Below, piece by piece: positions 39,205 through 52,082 of a stretch of DNA of 64,000 nucleotides. Position numbers and translations under genes: made by a program. Origin of the DNA: Octopus sinensis (lineage: Eukaryota); the NCBI RefSeq assembly GCF_006345805.1, contig NC_042997.1, positions 158,472,001 through 158,536,000 of the forward strand, read 5' to 3'. Within the stretch, counting starts at the first letter, position 1, and each line of letters begins with the position of its first letter. The notes beneath the pieces were generated by a model. The model worked only from the letters and a program-made list of their open reading frames with translations, did no database searches and was not told where the DNA came from.

Positions 39205-41100
39205 GTATGCCAAAGAAACAGCTATGGTGCACTGTAGGATAGGGCCACTCCTTGAAAAGGATGGCACACTCACAGGAAATCCAATGAGGATAAGTGAAAT
39301 ACTAAATGAGCAATTCAAGAGTATTTTCACGCCACCCCTAGGGCATTTTCAAGTCAGCAATCCAACTGACTTCTTTACCACTGCAGATATAAAATCGGAG
39401 GCAGCAATGATTGATTACAACAATATAAAGGAAGGCGATGTAATAAAGGCTATTGATGAAATGAAAACAAACTCAGCTACTGGCCAAGATGGATTCCCAG
39501 CAATCCTTCTAAAAGTATGTAAGAGGGTCCTAGCAAGACCACTGCAGTTCCTCTTTCAGAGCTTCCTTGCAACTGGCAAACTTCCAAGAAAACTGAAGGA
39601 AGGTAAAATATGCCCTATTCATAAAGGAGGTAGCAGAGCGGAGGCCAAGAACTACAGACCTATCTCTCTGACCTCACACATCAGCAAGGTCATGGAACGA
39701 ATAGTCAGAAGGAAACTAATCACCTTCCTTGAAGAAAATGACTTGCTGCCTGACACCCAACAGGTTTTCCGATCAGGAAGAAGCTGCTTAACTCAGCTCC
39801 TACAACTGGGTGCTGAAACGACTGCTCAACCACTCAAATGTGGAAGTCATATATCTCGACTTTGCAAAGGCCTTTGATAAAGTCCATCATGGAATGCTAT
39901 GTCACAAACTGCGTGATCTTGGCATAGTTGGAAAATTGGGAGAATGGCTTCATGACTTTCTGAAGGATAGAAGTCAGGTGGTAGTAGCCAATGGGGCCGC
40001 TTCCACTAACACGCAATTAGTGAGCAGTGTTCTGCAGGGCACTGTTTTGGAACCACTACTGTTCATAATGGCCCTCTCAGACATGCCCTCAGCCACGCAG
40101 AGAGCCACGATCACAAGTTATGCAGATGATACAAAAGTTTCACAGGCAATACATAACCCTGAAGACACTAAGCACCTGCAATGTGAGCTGGACAAAATAT
40201 ACAAGTGGGCTGAAAAGAATAGCATGCAGTTCAATGCTGAAAAGTTTCAAGCTCTATGCTATCAGCACGCAAAACTAAATGCAATACCCAATAAATACAC
40301 TGGATCTGGAGGGACTGCAATCCCAGAGGCACAATCAGTGCGAGACCTGGGTATTTACATGAGTGATGATGCAACCTTTCATGTGCATGTTGCTAAATTG
40401 GCAATGAAATGTAGGCGGCTGACCGGATGGATTCTTAGAACCTTCAGAACAAGAGACCAGGAAACCATGATGGTCATCTGGAGGACACTTGTCCTAAGCC
40501 ACTTTGACTATTGCTCTCAGTTATGGTTACCATCCAGTGTCAAGTTAATCACAGAACTTGAGGCGATCCAACGAAGCTACACGAAGACGATAGCCTCTGT
40601 GCAGCATATAAGCTATTGGGAAAGACTCAAGAGATTGAGACTCTATTCCTTAGAGCATAGGTGAGAAAGATATGCCATAATATACATCTGGAAGATCCTA
40701 GAAGGACTTGTCCCAAACTTTGGCATCGAGAGTTACACAAATGCCAGAACTGGGCGCCACTGCATTGTGCCAAGGAAGCCAAATTTGCCATCAAGATGTA
40801 GGACAAGATACTGTGATAGCCTGGGCTTCGGAGGCCCACAGCTCTTCAATATCCTCCCAAAGAACCTAAGAGACCTGCATGGGGTGGATGCAGATGTCTT
40901 TAAAATAAAACTGGATCTCTTCTTGTGAGGTGTCCCAGATGAACCAACTTCACGGCAGGAGGTGCAGTTGAGGGCAGTTGCATCGAACTCTCTCATGCAC
41001 CAAATGGCAATTGCTAAAAAGCATTCGTGAATTAAAATCATGTAGCAACACCAAATGGCGGTGCCCCAGCATGGCCACAGCTTGTGAGCTGAAACTAGAT
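39205..41100 (+). mobile_element. CR1-like LINE, 5'-truncated (RT, frameshifted)
   Basis: ORFs 39224-39877 and 39810-40664 contain KNYRPISLTSHISKVMER, YLDFAKAFDKV, QGTVLEPLLF and SYADDTK. The 3' tail is GGCGGTGCCCCAGCATGGCCACAGC. Confidence 0.95.
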
Positions 41101-41104
41101 AAAT

Positions 41105-41141
<37 letters not shown>

Positions 41142-41160
41142 GGTTATATATATGTTTGTA

Positions 41161-43835
41161 GTTTTAGCTCAGATTTGTGGCCATGCTGGAGCACCACCAT
41201 TTTGCTACACTGTTATCACTGTGAGCCTCCTCTAATATGTGGCACTTGGTGAAGAATGAAGTTTGATGTAGCTATCCTCATTGCCCCTCTTGCCGTGAAG
41301 TAGTTTCTTCTGGGACTCTCGCCAGCAAGATGTCCAGCCTTGATTTAAAAACACCTACATCTACTTTGTGCAGGTTCCTCAAGCACTTTGAGAGAATATT
41401 AAAAAGCTGTGGGCCCCTGAAACACGGGCTGTTGAAGTAACAGCTCCTGAAGCGCGATGGCATTGCTGGGATATTTGGCACTATGCAGTGTCGACCCGTT
41501 CTGGCATTGATGTAGCTTTGAACGCCAAAATGTGGCACAATTCCGTCAAGGATCTTCCAGATGTACATTACTGCATACCTCTCCCTCCTTCGTTCCAGGG
41601 CGTAGAGTCTTAGCTGTTTCAGCCTTTCCCAGTAGCTGAGCTGTTACAAAGAGGCGATCTTGTTTGTGAATATTTGCTGGATTGCTTCAAGGTTCGCTGT
41701 TAATTTTACACTGTTAGGTGACCATAGCTGGGAGCAGGAATTCAGGCGGCTGAGGACGAATGTCCTCCAGAGGACCATCATAATTTTCTTTTCTCTGGTT
41801 GTGAATGCTCTCAGAATCCATCCAGCTAGTCGCCTGCACTTTGTCGCCATCCTGGGAATGTGCATTTGCTAAGAGGTATCATCACTCATCTCGATACCTA
41901 AGTCCCTCACCGATTTAGGCTCTGGGATTGCAATTCCCTGTGGACCAGTGTACCCTGTAAGTTTCATATTTAGCTTCGGACGCTCGTAGCGTAGGGCTTG
42001 GAATTTTTCAGCATTAATCTGCATATCATTATCCTCAGCTTATCTGAGAGGGCCACTATGAAAAGCAGTGGTCCCAAAACAGTGCCCTGTGGAACACTGC
42101 TCACTATTTGTGTTTTCATAGAGGTAGCTCCATTGGCCACTACTGCCTGACTTCTATCTTTCAGAAAGTCATGTAACCACTCTCCAAGTTTTCCAGCTCT
42201 GCCGAGATCACGCAGTCTGTGCCATATCATACCATGATCCACTTTGTCAAAAGCTTTTGAAAAATCTAGGTATATTACGTCCACATTTGATTTGTTGAGT
42301 AACTGCCTCAGCACCGAGTCATAATGTTGTAAGAGCTGGGTCAGGCAGCTCCTACCTGGTCGAAATCCATGCTGGGTATTAGTCAGCAAGTTATTTTCTT
42401 CAAGGAATGCGATTGGTTTCCCTCTGACTAGCCGTTCCATGACTTTGTTGATGTGTGAAGTCACGGAGATAGTTCTATAGTTTTTGGCATCTGCTCTGCT
42501 TCCCCCTTTATGGATTGGGCATATTATTCCCTCCTTCAGCTTGCTTGGCAGTCTGCAATTTGCAAGAAAGCTGTGGAGGAGTTTTGCCAGGACACACTTA
42601 CACGATTTAAGGAGGATTGCTGGGGAGCCGTCATGACCAGCAGATGAGCTTGCGCCTATCGCATCTATGGCTAGTAGTATATCTTCGCTAATGTTGATGT
42701 ATTCCATTGTAACTGTCTCGCTGGTTACAGGTGAGGCGGCAAAGAAGTCGATTGGTTCGTTCATTTGTCTGTGTCAAAAAGAGGTGGTAAAAACACTTTT
42801 GAACTGGTCATTCAGTATCTCACTGATCCTGGTTGGATTATCTGCGAGGGAGCTATCCTTTTGGAAGAGAGTCCTGTATTTCAGGGTACTGAAGTTACTT
42901 CTTCCGCATAATGAAAGAAGACCTTTGAGTTTGACTTAATGTTTTTTATAACCCATGCTTCTTTGTGTGCTCTTTCCCTCACATTAGATTGTCGCAGGCT
43001 TTTTTACAATCTCCATCAGTGTTGTTTTTAGGCGGGACGTTTCGCTACGTTTGAGATATTGGTGGAGGCGATTTGCAACCTTCGTCCGTTGTCTCATGAG
43101 GATCTTCCTCACCCTTGGAATCTTGTTCCTATTTGTGTTGGCCTTGTGCTCTGGGCCATATCTCTGGCATATGGCTTGCATACCAGTCATGAAATATTCT
43201 AGTTTCATGCCAAAGTCTGGTGTGGAGAGACGTTTCGACCAGTCCTGTCTGAGGATCTCTTTTTGGATCGATTTGCAGGCTGCTTTGAGGAAATTTAGAT
43301 TGGAGAGATTTAGGGTGCTTCCTTTAAACTGTATGTCTGGCTACTTTCGGCTCAAACATAGCCAGCTCTATTATGCTTGATCTGAGACTAATGTCGGCGT
43401 CCCTTTCACATCATGAACCATATCCATATTGTTCATGAAGCAGAGATCCAAAATGTTATTTGCCCAAGTTGGTCTGAGTAAAAACGTGCTCCATGAATAG
43501 GGCATTGGTGAGGTTGAGCAGTGATTCCACCTGTGCTTGTTTAAATGAGTCGTTCCAAGAACATGAGGCCTTCTGGACATCTGACGTTGGGGAAGTTGAA
43601 ATCACCCATAAGATATATGCTCACGTGGCGTTCTAGTTTCAAGAGAATTTCTTTAATTCATGTGAGGCAATCTTCAGATTGCGTATGTGGTTTTGAGCAT
43701 CCGGTGGGCAATATGTATTGCATATGACTATATTGTCTTGTCGGATGTATACAGCAACTCCAATTTCCAATATGGCTCCTTTTCCTTCTGTCTGTTCCCA
43801 GTATGGCATATTTTGGTACGTGTACTTCTGCATTC
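41161..43835 (-). mobile_element. CR1-like LINE with APE endonuclease and RT remnants
   Basis: APE: GVAVYIRQD, ICNTYCPPD, RPTWANNILDLCF. RT ORF 41970-42764: YLDFSKAFDKVDH, VPQGTVLGPLLF, with a deletion near the YADD motif. The tail is at 41161-41198. Confidence 0.93.
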
Positions 43836-43876
43836 TCTCTCTATATATACATTTATATATATGTATATATATATAT

Positions 43877-43936
<60 letters not shown>

Positions 43937-43994
43937 GTGTATATATATATATACAACCCCTCTGTCCGACATTCGCCATTATTGATCGCTAACC

Positions 43995-44165
43995 ACTAAA
44001 CCTTTTTCTATTTTCTCTCAGTGTTTATATCTGTGTTCCTTTCTGTCGAAAAGTGTAGGCTGGAAATAGAAAAGACTTTCTCCCTTCCCGAGCGTAAACT
44101 AATATATCTGTTTGATTTTTACACACCCATCTTCGATCTTTGCTGTTTTTGTTTTGTAAATTCTC
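43995..44165 (+). mobile_element. Short PLE-end-like repeat (31215 family)
   Basis: CTTTCTGTCGAAAAGTGTAGGCTGGAAATAGAAAAGACTTTCTCCCTTCCCGAGCG. Confidence 0.6.
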
Positions 44166-44220
44166 ACTATGTACATAGATATACATTTAGATACACACAC
44201 ACATGTATATATATATATAT

Positions 44221-44252
<32 letters not shown>

Positions 44253-44269
44253 CACACATATAACTATAC

Positions 44270-44311
<42 letters not shown>

Positions 44312-44367
44312 TAATATGTATGTATATATTAACACACATATAACTATACATTTATATATATATATTA

Positions 44368-44404
<37 letters not shown>

Positions 44405-44507
44405 TGGAGTAAACTCATAAATCTGAAACAAGGTGGAAAAAAGAGTACTCAAATACCAGTGGTAGAGTAATATGCTTTATTTAAAAGCAGCAAAAAATTC
44501 AACAAAG

Positions 44508-44547
44508 CGGTTACTCTAAAAGTTTCACGTTCCCGTTCGTCGGACAG
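44508..44547 (-). ncRNA. Hammerhead motif (U4C core), one stem I mismatch
   Basis: CUGU-CCGACGA-ACG GGAA CGU-GAA-ACU UUUAG AGU-A/ACCG. Confidence 0.55.
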
Positions 44548-44574
44548 TTTTTTGCTAGAAAAATCTAGCAAAAA

Positions 44575-44611
44575 CTGTCCGACGAACGGGACGTGAAACT
44601 CAGAGTAACAG
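44575..44611 (+). ncRNA. Minimal type I hammerhead ribozyme (U4C core)
   Basis: CUGU-CCGACGA-ACG GGA CGU-GAA-ACUC A GAGU-A/ACAG. All three stems pair; stem III is near-palindromic with a 1-nt loop. Confidence 0.72.
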
Positions 44612-45226
44612 GTTTTGTTGAATTTTCTGCTGCTTTTTAAAATAAAGTATATATATATATTATAATATATATATATATATATATGCATTTAGATATATAC
44701 ATACATTTATACATATATATATAGATATATATATATACACACACATATATATATATATACATTTATATATATACTTACATTTATACATATATATATATAT
44801 ATATAATATATATATATAATATATATATATTCATTTATTTATGTATATATAATATGCAAATACGTTATATATAGGCAATATCTCTATATTTGTGCATCTA
44901 TCTAAAAAAGTATATATAATATATATATATATTTCAACAATTGAGGGCAAAATTAATTAATTATTAATCAATTTCACCAAGTGTTCAGTATGCAAAGGGA
45001 CCATTCAAGGCGAATTCAATTATTACATTATATAAAAGGGCTTAGTAAAATATAACTACTTACTTTGCGCAATACTGAACTCATTAGAAATAGCAGCTAA
45101 AAAACTTTTTTAAAGCTATTTCTAATACTTAAAGAAAATCTCTCTCATATATAGTGTTTGCTTAATTCACTCAACTCACAAAAGTTTGGGGGTAAGGACA
45201 TCGAAAAATCAAATGCTAAGGTTATT

Positions 45227-45278
45227 CGAGAACGTACGTTTCAAGATTAGTTTAAACAACATTTCTATCATCGGCTCA
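45227..45278 (-). ncRNA. Minimal type I hammerhead (array unit 1)
   Basis: UGAG-CCGAUGA-UAGA...UCUU-GAAAC GUAC GU-U/CUCG, with palindromic stem III ACGUACGU. Confidence 0.65.
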
Positions 45279-45771
45279 GAAATTCCTTGGTTTGGATTTG
45301 GAAACACTGAAAATAAGAACATACCCTTTCGAAGATCTGCTCCCAACTAACAGTGCCAACAAATTCAAATAAGCAAGCGAAGAATCTCTGTTCTCCCCTT
45401 TCCACCACCGCGTGGGTTAAAATCATCAAACACTATGCTTATTTCGGTAAAATCCGAAGCATTATCAGAGGGAGATTAATTATAATTTCAACAATTGAGG
45501 GCAAAATTAATTAATTATTAATCAATTTCACCAAGTGTTCAGTATGCAAAGGGACCATTCAAGGCGAATTCAAATTATTACATTATATAAAAGGGCTTAG
45601 TAAAATAAATTACTTTGCCGCATACTGACTCATTAGAAATAGCAGCTAAAAAACTTTTTTAAAGCTATTTCTAATACTTAAAAAAAATCTCTCTCATATA
45701 TAGTGTTTGCTTAATTCAACTCAACAAAGTTTGGGGGTAAGGACATCGAAAAATCAAATGCTAAGGTTATT

Positions 45772-45823
45772 CGAGAACGTACGTTTCAAGATTAGTTAAA
45801 ACAACATTTCTATCATCGGCTCA
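45772..45823 (-). ncRNA. Minimal type I hammerhead (array unit 2)
   Basis: Same motif as unit 1. Confidence 0.65.
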
Positions 45824-46312
45824 GAAATTCCTTGTTTGGATTTGGAAACACTGAAAATAAGAACATAACCCTTTCGAAGATCTGCTCCCAACTAACAGTG
45901 CCAACAAATTCAAATAAGCAAGCGAAGAATCTCTGTTCTCCCCTTTCCACCAGCGTGGGTTAAAATCATCAACACTATGCTTATTTCGTAAAATCCGAAG
46001 CATTATCAGAGGGAATAAATTTATAATTTCAACAATTGAGGGCAAAATTAATTAATTATTAATCAATTTCACCAAGTGTTCAGTATGCAAAGGGACCATT
46101 CAAGGCGAATTCAAATTATTACATTATATAAAAGGGCTTAGTAAAATAAATTACTTTGCCGCATACTGAACTCATTAGAAATAGCAGCTAAAAAACTTTT
46201 TTAAAGCTATTTCTAATACTTAAGAAAATCTCTCTCATATATAGTGTTTGCTTAATTCAACTCACAAAAGTTTGGGGGTAAGGACATCGAAAAATCAAAT
46301 GCTAAGGTTATT

Positions 46313-46364
46313 CGAGAACGTACGTTTCAAGATTAGTTAAAACAACATTTCTATCATCGGCTCA
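46313..46364 (-). ncRNA. Minimal type I hammerhead (array unit 3)
   Basis: Same motif as unit 1. Confidence 0.65.
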
Positions 46365-46557
46365 GAAATTCCTCTGATTAATGCTTCGGATTTTACCGAA
46401 ATAGCATAGTGTTTGATGATTTTAACCCACGCTGGTGGAAAGGGAGAACAGAGATTCTTCGCTTGCTTATTTGAATTGTTGCACTGCTAGTTGGGAGCAG
46501 ATCTTCGAAGAGTATGTTCTTATTTTCAGTGTTTCCAAATCCAAACCAAGGAATTTC

Positions 46558-46609
46558 TGAGCCGATGATAGAAATGTTGTTTTAACTAATCTTGAAACGT
46601 ACGTTCTCG
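46558..46609 (+). ncRNA. Minimal type I hammerhead (inverted array unit)
   Basis: TGAGCCGATGATAGAAATG...TCTTGAAACGTACGTTCTCG read on the + strand. Confidence 0.65.
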
Positions 46610-46792
46610 AATAACCTTAGCATTTGATTTTTCGATGTCCTTACCCCCAAACTTTTGTGAGTTGAATTAAGCAAACACTATATATGAGAGAGATTTTCTT
46701 TAAGTATTAGAAATAGCTTTAAAAAAGTTTTTTAGCTGCTATTTCTAATGAGTTCAGTATGCGGCAAAGTAATTTATTTTACTAAGCCCTTT

Positions 46793-46824
<32 letters not shown>

Positions 46825-49088
46825 GTCGATTGAGAAAGAGATCCTCAAACAGGATTGGCCTGAATGTCTCTCCACACCGGACATAAACATGAAACACAAA
46901 CACTTCATGTCCATAATACAAGCCATATGTGACAATATGTCCCAATGTGCAGGGCCAGCACACACAAGAATAAAAACAGGATCCCTAGAGAAAGGAGGAT
47001 TCTTATGAGACGACGGACAAGGATTGCAAACCGCCTGAGCAAGCACACCAAAAGTGGTGAGAAGTCTCGGCTCGAAAGAATGCTAATGGAAACTGAGAAA
47101 AGTCTACATCAGTCCCATGAAAAGAGAGAGCAGATAAAGAAGCTTGGGTAATAGAAAATATAATCAAACCCTAAAGCTTTCTTTAAGTTTGCCAAAGAGA
47201 CAGCCACAGTGCACCAGAGAATAGGACCTCTCTTCCAAAAAGATGGCTCTCTCACAGGAAATCCCACGAGGATAAGTGAAATACTGAACGAACAGTCCAA
47301 AGTGTGTTCACTACACCTCTAGGACACAGGCAAGTAAACAACCCAGAAGAATTCTTTGCCACTTTACCAGCGGCCAAAGAGACAAAAATTGAGTACATTC
47401 AACATCGAAGAAGATGATATCACACTAGCCATGATGAGATTGACACAAACTCAGCTGCTGGACCTGATGGATTCCCAGCGATCCTTCTCAAATCGTGCAA
47501 ACGAGCCCTTGCAAAACCGCTAAAGCTACAGCTTCTTTTCAGAGCTTTCTTGCAAGTGGTAAGCTCCCAGTCAAACTGAAAGAGGGGTAATATGCCTATC
47601 CATAAGGGAGGTAGCAGAGCAGATGCTAAAAATTATAGGCCTATCTCTCTGACCTCACACATCAGCAAAGTCATGGAACGAATAGTCCGTAAGAAACTAA
47701 TCATGTTCCTTGAAGAAAATGACTTACTGTCTGACACCCAGCATGGATTTCGACCAGGTAGAGGCTGCCTAACACAGCTCCTGCAGCACTATGACTGGGT
47801 GTTGAAACAGCTACTAAATGGCTCAAATGTGGATGTAATATATCTTGACTTTGCAAAAGCCTTTGATAAAGTCGACCATGGTATGATCTGTCATAAACTG
47901 CGTGGTCTCGGCATAGGCGGGAAACTTGGAGAGTGGCTGCACAACTTCCTAAAAGACAGAACAGGCAGTTGTGAGCAATGGAGCCACCTCCAGGGAAACG
48001 CAAATAACAAGCGGTGTCCCACAGGGCACTGTCTTGGGGCCACTGATGTTCATAGTGGCCCTTTCAGACATGCCTTCGGTTGCTACGATGACCACCCTTG
48101 CTAGCTATGCTGATGACACAAAGGTCTCCCACGCATACAGAACCCTGAAAATATTGCGCATCTGCAACATGAGCTGGACACAAATACAGGTGGGCTGAGG
48201 ACAACAACATGCAGTTTAATGCAGGTAAGTTCCAGGCCCTGCGCTACTGGCACACAAAGGTAAATGACGTGAAGACTGGATACACTGGCCCAGGAAGAAT
48301 TGCAATCCCTGAGTCAAAATCAGTGCGTGACCTGGGCATTGACATGAGCAATGATGCATCTTTCCAAATGCATATTTGCTAATCTGGTGATAAAATGCAG
48401 ACGGCTAGCTGGATGGATTCTCCGAACTTTCAGAACAGAGAGAAGGAGACACTGATGGTCCTATGGAAAACATTTGTCCTCAGCCGCTTGGTACTGACTA
48501 CTGCTCCCAACTTTGGTCACCACACAATATAAAACAAACAGCAGAACTCGAAGCAACTCAGAGAAGCTACACAAAGAAAATCGTCTCAATGCAAAATGTC
48601 AGCTACTGGGAAGACTGAAGGTATTAACCTCTTCTCCCTGGAGCGGAGGCGGGAGAGATATGCAGTAATATACATCTGGAAAATCCTGGAGGGTCTTATC
48701 CCAAACTTTGGCATTCAAGTTACTCCAACCGCAGAACGGGGCGCCGCTGCGTGGTGCCAAGGATTCCAACATCACCATCAAAATACAGTCCAGATACTGC
48801 AACAGCTTGGGTTTTCAGAGGACCACAGCTTTTCAACATCCTCCCTAAATGCCTGAGAGACTTACATGGTGTGGATGGGGGTTTCTTTAAAACTAAACTG
48901 GATCTCTTCTTGTTGGAAGTCCCAGATGAACCTACCTCACGACAGGAGACGCGATGCGGGCAGCAGCATCGAACTCCCTTGTTGATCAAGTGCCACGTAT
49001 CAGAGGTGGATTCACAAACTAGTGTGGCTCATTCAGCGGTGGTGCCCCAGCATGGCCGCGGCCTTCGGGCTAAAACATTTTTTTAAGG

Positions 49089-49092
<4 letters not shown>
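46825..49092 (+). mobile_element. CR1-like LINE, 5'-truncated
   Basis: ORF 47592-48104 KNYRPISLTSH...YLDFAKAFDKVDH, then GVPQGTVLGPLMF and SYADDTK. The tail is GGTGGTGCCCCAGCATGGCCGCGGCCTTCGGGCTAAAAC. Confidence 0.95.
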
Positions 49093-49127
<35 letters not shown>

Positions 49128-50614
49128 TATACATATATCTGCATGTGTGTGTATGTGTTTGCGCGCGCGCACTTCTTTGAATGTATGTGCTGCGTAGCTT
49201 AAATTCTGCATTATTTACAACGAATGTTTTGCATTTTGCATTAATGTTGACATGCAAGTAATTCATTTATTGTTAAATATGATAATACTTATTATTTGCA
49301 TGCTTTTGAGTTACGAGACAATATGTTGTGATATTAGTAATTTCTTTGTTGTTAATAAAATTTCATCATAATATTTCTCTCTCCTTTATGACTTTATACA
49401 CTCTTTAACCTTTTATCTTGTATATCACTATATATCGTGTAAGGCTTGTACAATGATGCAATAAGGATCTTTTTTTCATTTTATCAGTACAACTGGACTA
49501 CTTGAATCCATATATTGTTTGCTTAAATACATATATATATATATGTTGTTTTTTTCACTTCTTACACCAGTACGATGACCACTGACAAATTATTCTACCC
49601 TACATTTTAAAGACTATCATTGTTAGCAATTCCCGTTGCTGAAATATAAACTCAATGACATCTTCCTCAACATCGTTAAGGCACTCGTCTGCACGCGAAG
49701 GCAGGATCTCCGTCTTAGCAAGAAAGACATTGAAACGTAGACTAGGGGTGTCATACTTCTGTATACATATATTAACGCAGTAAAGGACATTATTTATCTA
49801 TTAAATAGTGATATAAAGAAAATTTTAATAAAATCAGAATGTGCGTGTTTGAACACCCACATGGAAATAAATGAATCTGGTAATGTATCTAATTATTCAT
49901 TTTTCTGGACTTGTAAATAATTGGAAATATCTGTTTATTTCCTAATCTTCTTAGGTATTTATCACGAAATAAATACCTTCTTTCTAATGGCGGATTTATT
50001 AGATTATAACTGTTTCTAGTGTATAGAACTTAAGCCACAGTTAAGTAAGTCTTTCTAATTAACATACCAGTAATGTAGATATGGTGAGGGTAGTGATCTA
50101 CACATATTTTTTAAAGATAATTTTAAATGGAACAAGGATTTCCAATGAGCATAAAATTCTAACCTTGCTAAAAAAAGTAAATAAATGGTTAAAATGGGAC
50201 CTTTATCTTTCAGTATACAGAAAAAAATGGGATCGATATCGATATGTTCTGCATCTAAATTTCGTTGATCTTTATCGGAGAAATATTACCCATCTGTCCA
50301 CGGAGAGATTTGTAGCTTGGATTTATGATGTCTGCAAAAGCAATAACAAAAAACGCAGCTAAAATGATTAGAATATATATGTATGTACATTATGCTTGTG
50401 TGTATGTGTGTGTGTGTGTGTTTGCCTACCATACTCATCGTACCCTGCACAATGGTTTTTGTACACACAGAACACAAACACACACACGCACATACACTTA
50501 CATGCACATGCATACGTGCATATTTGTGTGTTTGTGTAAGCCTTGGTGGATGTGTATTTCTGTTTTTTGTTCCTGTCATCATTAAATCCTTCTCTTTCTT
50601 TTACTTGATTCTGT

Positions 50615-50745
50615 CTTTGGATTGTAGCCATGCTGGAAAAATGTCTTGTGGGGTCTTAGTCAATCAAATAGACGCGGATATTTATCTTACATTTGGCACT
50701 TATTCCATCTGACACTTCTCACTCAACTGCTAGACGTTCGGTTCG
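50615..50745 (-). mobile_element. Degenerate SINE 3' half (21945 family)
   Basis: GCCATGCTGG...TAGTCAATCAAATAGAC...GGCACTTATTCCATC resembles 21968-22060. Confidence 0.45.
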
Positions 50746-51659
50746 CAACCATACTCCCACAGTACGGTTCTTAGAGGAACACATTTCTGTAACAGTTCCG
50801 AGTAATACTTTGAAATTGAATCTGAGAAACGGAATCTGTGTGAAAGATCACTGTAAAACATATGCGTGAAAATATGTGCATACACGCACACACATATGTA
50901 TATATTTTTGTTTAAATGTGTAGGAGTATATGGATTTACCGCCTGGACTTTTTAATTGTGGAGTTGAAATCAAAATTCGTTTCCTGACTACATCGTATTC
51001 AAGGAGTTTCGATGTTTTTACTGTTGACGTCCGTACTAAAGGTTTTGGTACGAATATTACACATAAATGATAGTTGGATGTGTTTATGAATGCGTGTGAG
51101 AGTATTTTTTTAGTCTGTACATCAATCTGTGCCTGTTTGACTCTGTAGTTTTTTCTAAGTGTTTGTAATAGGAATATGATGGTTGAAAGTTGATCAGAGT
51201 CCTAGTTTAAAATGATAAGAGAGAGTGATGTAGGGATAGATATCGTATGGAATGTAAATATGTGTTGATACTTATGTGAATTTGTATACATTTTTTGTTT
51301 CTGTTCCTTAGAGTATATGTTCGATAATACATACACTCTCAAATATCTGACTGTTCATGCTTGCAATAAGATTGCGTTTGAGTATTGTGCACACACGTTG
51401 TATTCCTGCAAGTGTGGATAATTCTCCAGTTTGAAATGGGCATTTGAAGAGATTTAAAGAGATTGAAGAGATTTAGTTACATACCAACTGCCTAATACAG
51501 TTTGGCAGATAATGGATTTACTATTCCCTGGAGAGATGGTATAGATTGTAAATGCAAACTAAAGCATGAACTGCTATTTTATCTATCGACACAAAAATTC
51601 ATTAGATTGCTTAACTAGCCGAAACTGCGAAGCCACTTTCCATATTTCTCTTGTTAATG

Positions 51660-51850
51660 ACCACTGTTAAACGTTATATATATATATATATAGTTAAAAT
51701 TCACAGAAAAGCAAAAGCGAAGACAGGTGTATAAGCAACAAGCAGGTGTATTAGTTTGACGCTCGGGAAGGTGAGAAACTGTTTTACGTTTTGAGCCTAC
51801 GCTCTTCAACAGAAAGGAACAAGATGAAATAAACAGAGAGAATAAAAAAA
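51660..51850 (-). mobile_element. Short PLE-end-like repeat (31215 family)
   Basis: Reverse complement gives CTTTCTGTTGAAGAGCGTAGGCTCAAAACGTAAAACAG...CTTCCCGAGCGTCAAACTAATACACCTG. Confidence 0.65.
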
Positions 51851-51854
51851 AAAT

Positions 51855-52020
51855 TGTGGAGTTAGCAGTCAAAGCACATAAATTTGAAACAAGGTGAAAA
51901 AAAAAGTACTCCAATAACGGAGGTAGAGTAATATGCTTTATTTATAAAGCATACATGTATGCATGCATACATACATATATACATACATACAAACATATAT
52001 ATCTATATATGTATATATAT

Positions 52021-52082
<62 letters not shown>

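Larger units (their letters stand above)
44405..44647. mobile_element. PLE pLTR-like element ending in a 173-bp fold-back (44475-44647)
   Basis: Arms meet at GCTAGA-AAAA-TCTAGC (44554-44569). The left flank is shared with 51855-52165. Confidence 0.85.
44931..46800. repeat. Tandem array of ~545-bp hammerhead-bearing units (2 full, 1 partial) plus an inverted partial copy
   Basis: Units start with ATTTCAACAATTGAGGGC at 44931, 45485 and 46026. An inverted copy spans 46371-46800. No ORF of note. Confidence 0.93.

Noticed and set aside
44931-46800. CRISPR array or satellite interpretation of the tandem repeat
   Set aside because: The units are ~545 bp with no unique spacers, the context is eukaryotic, and there are only about three copies.
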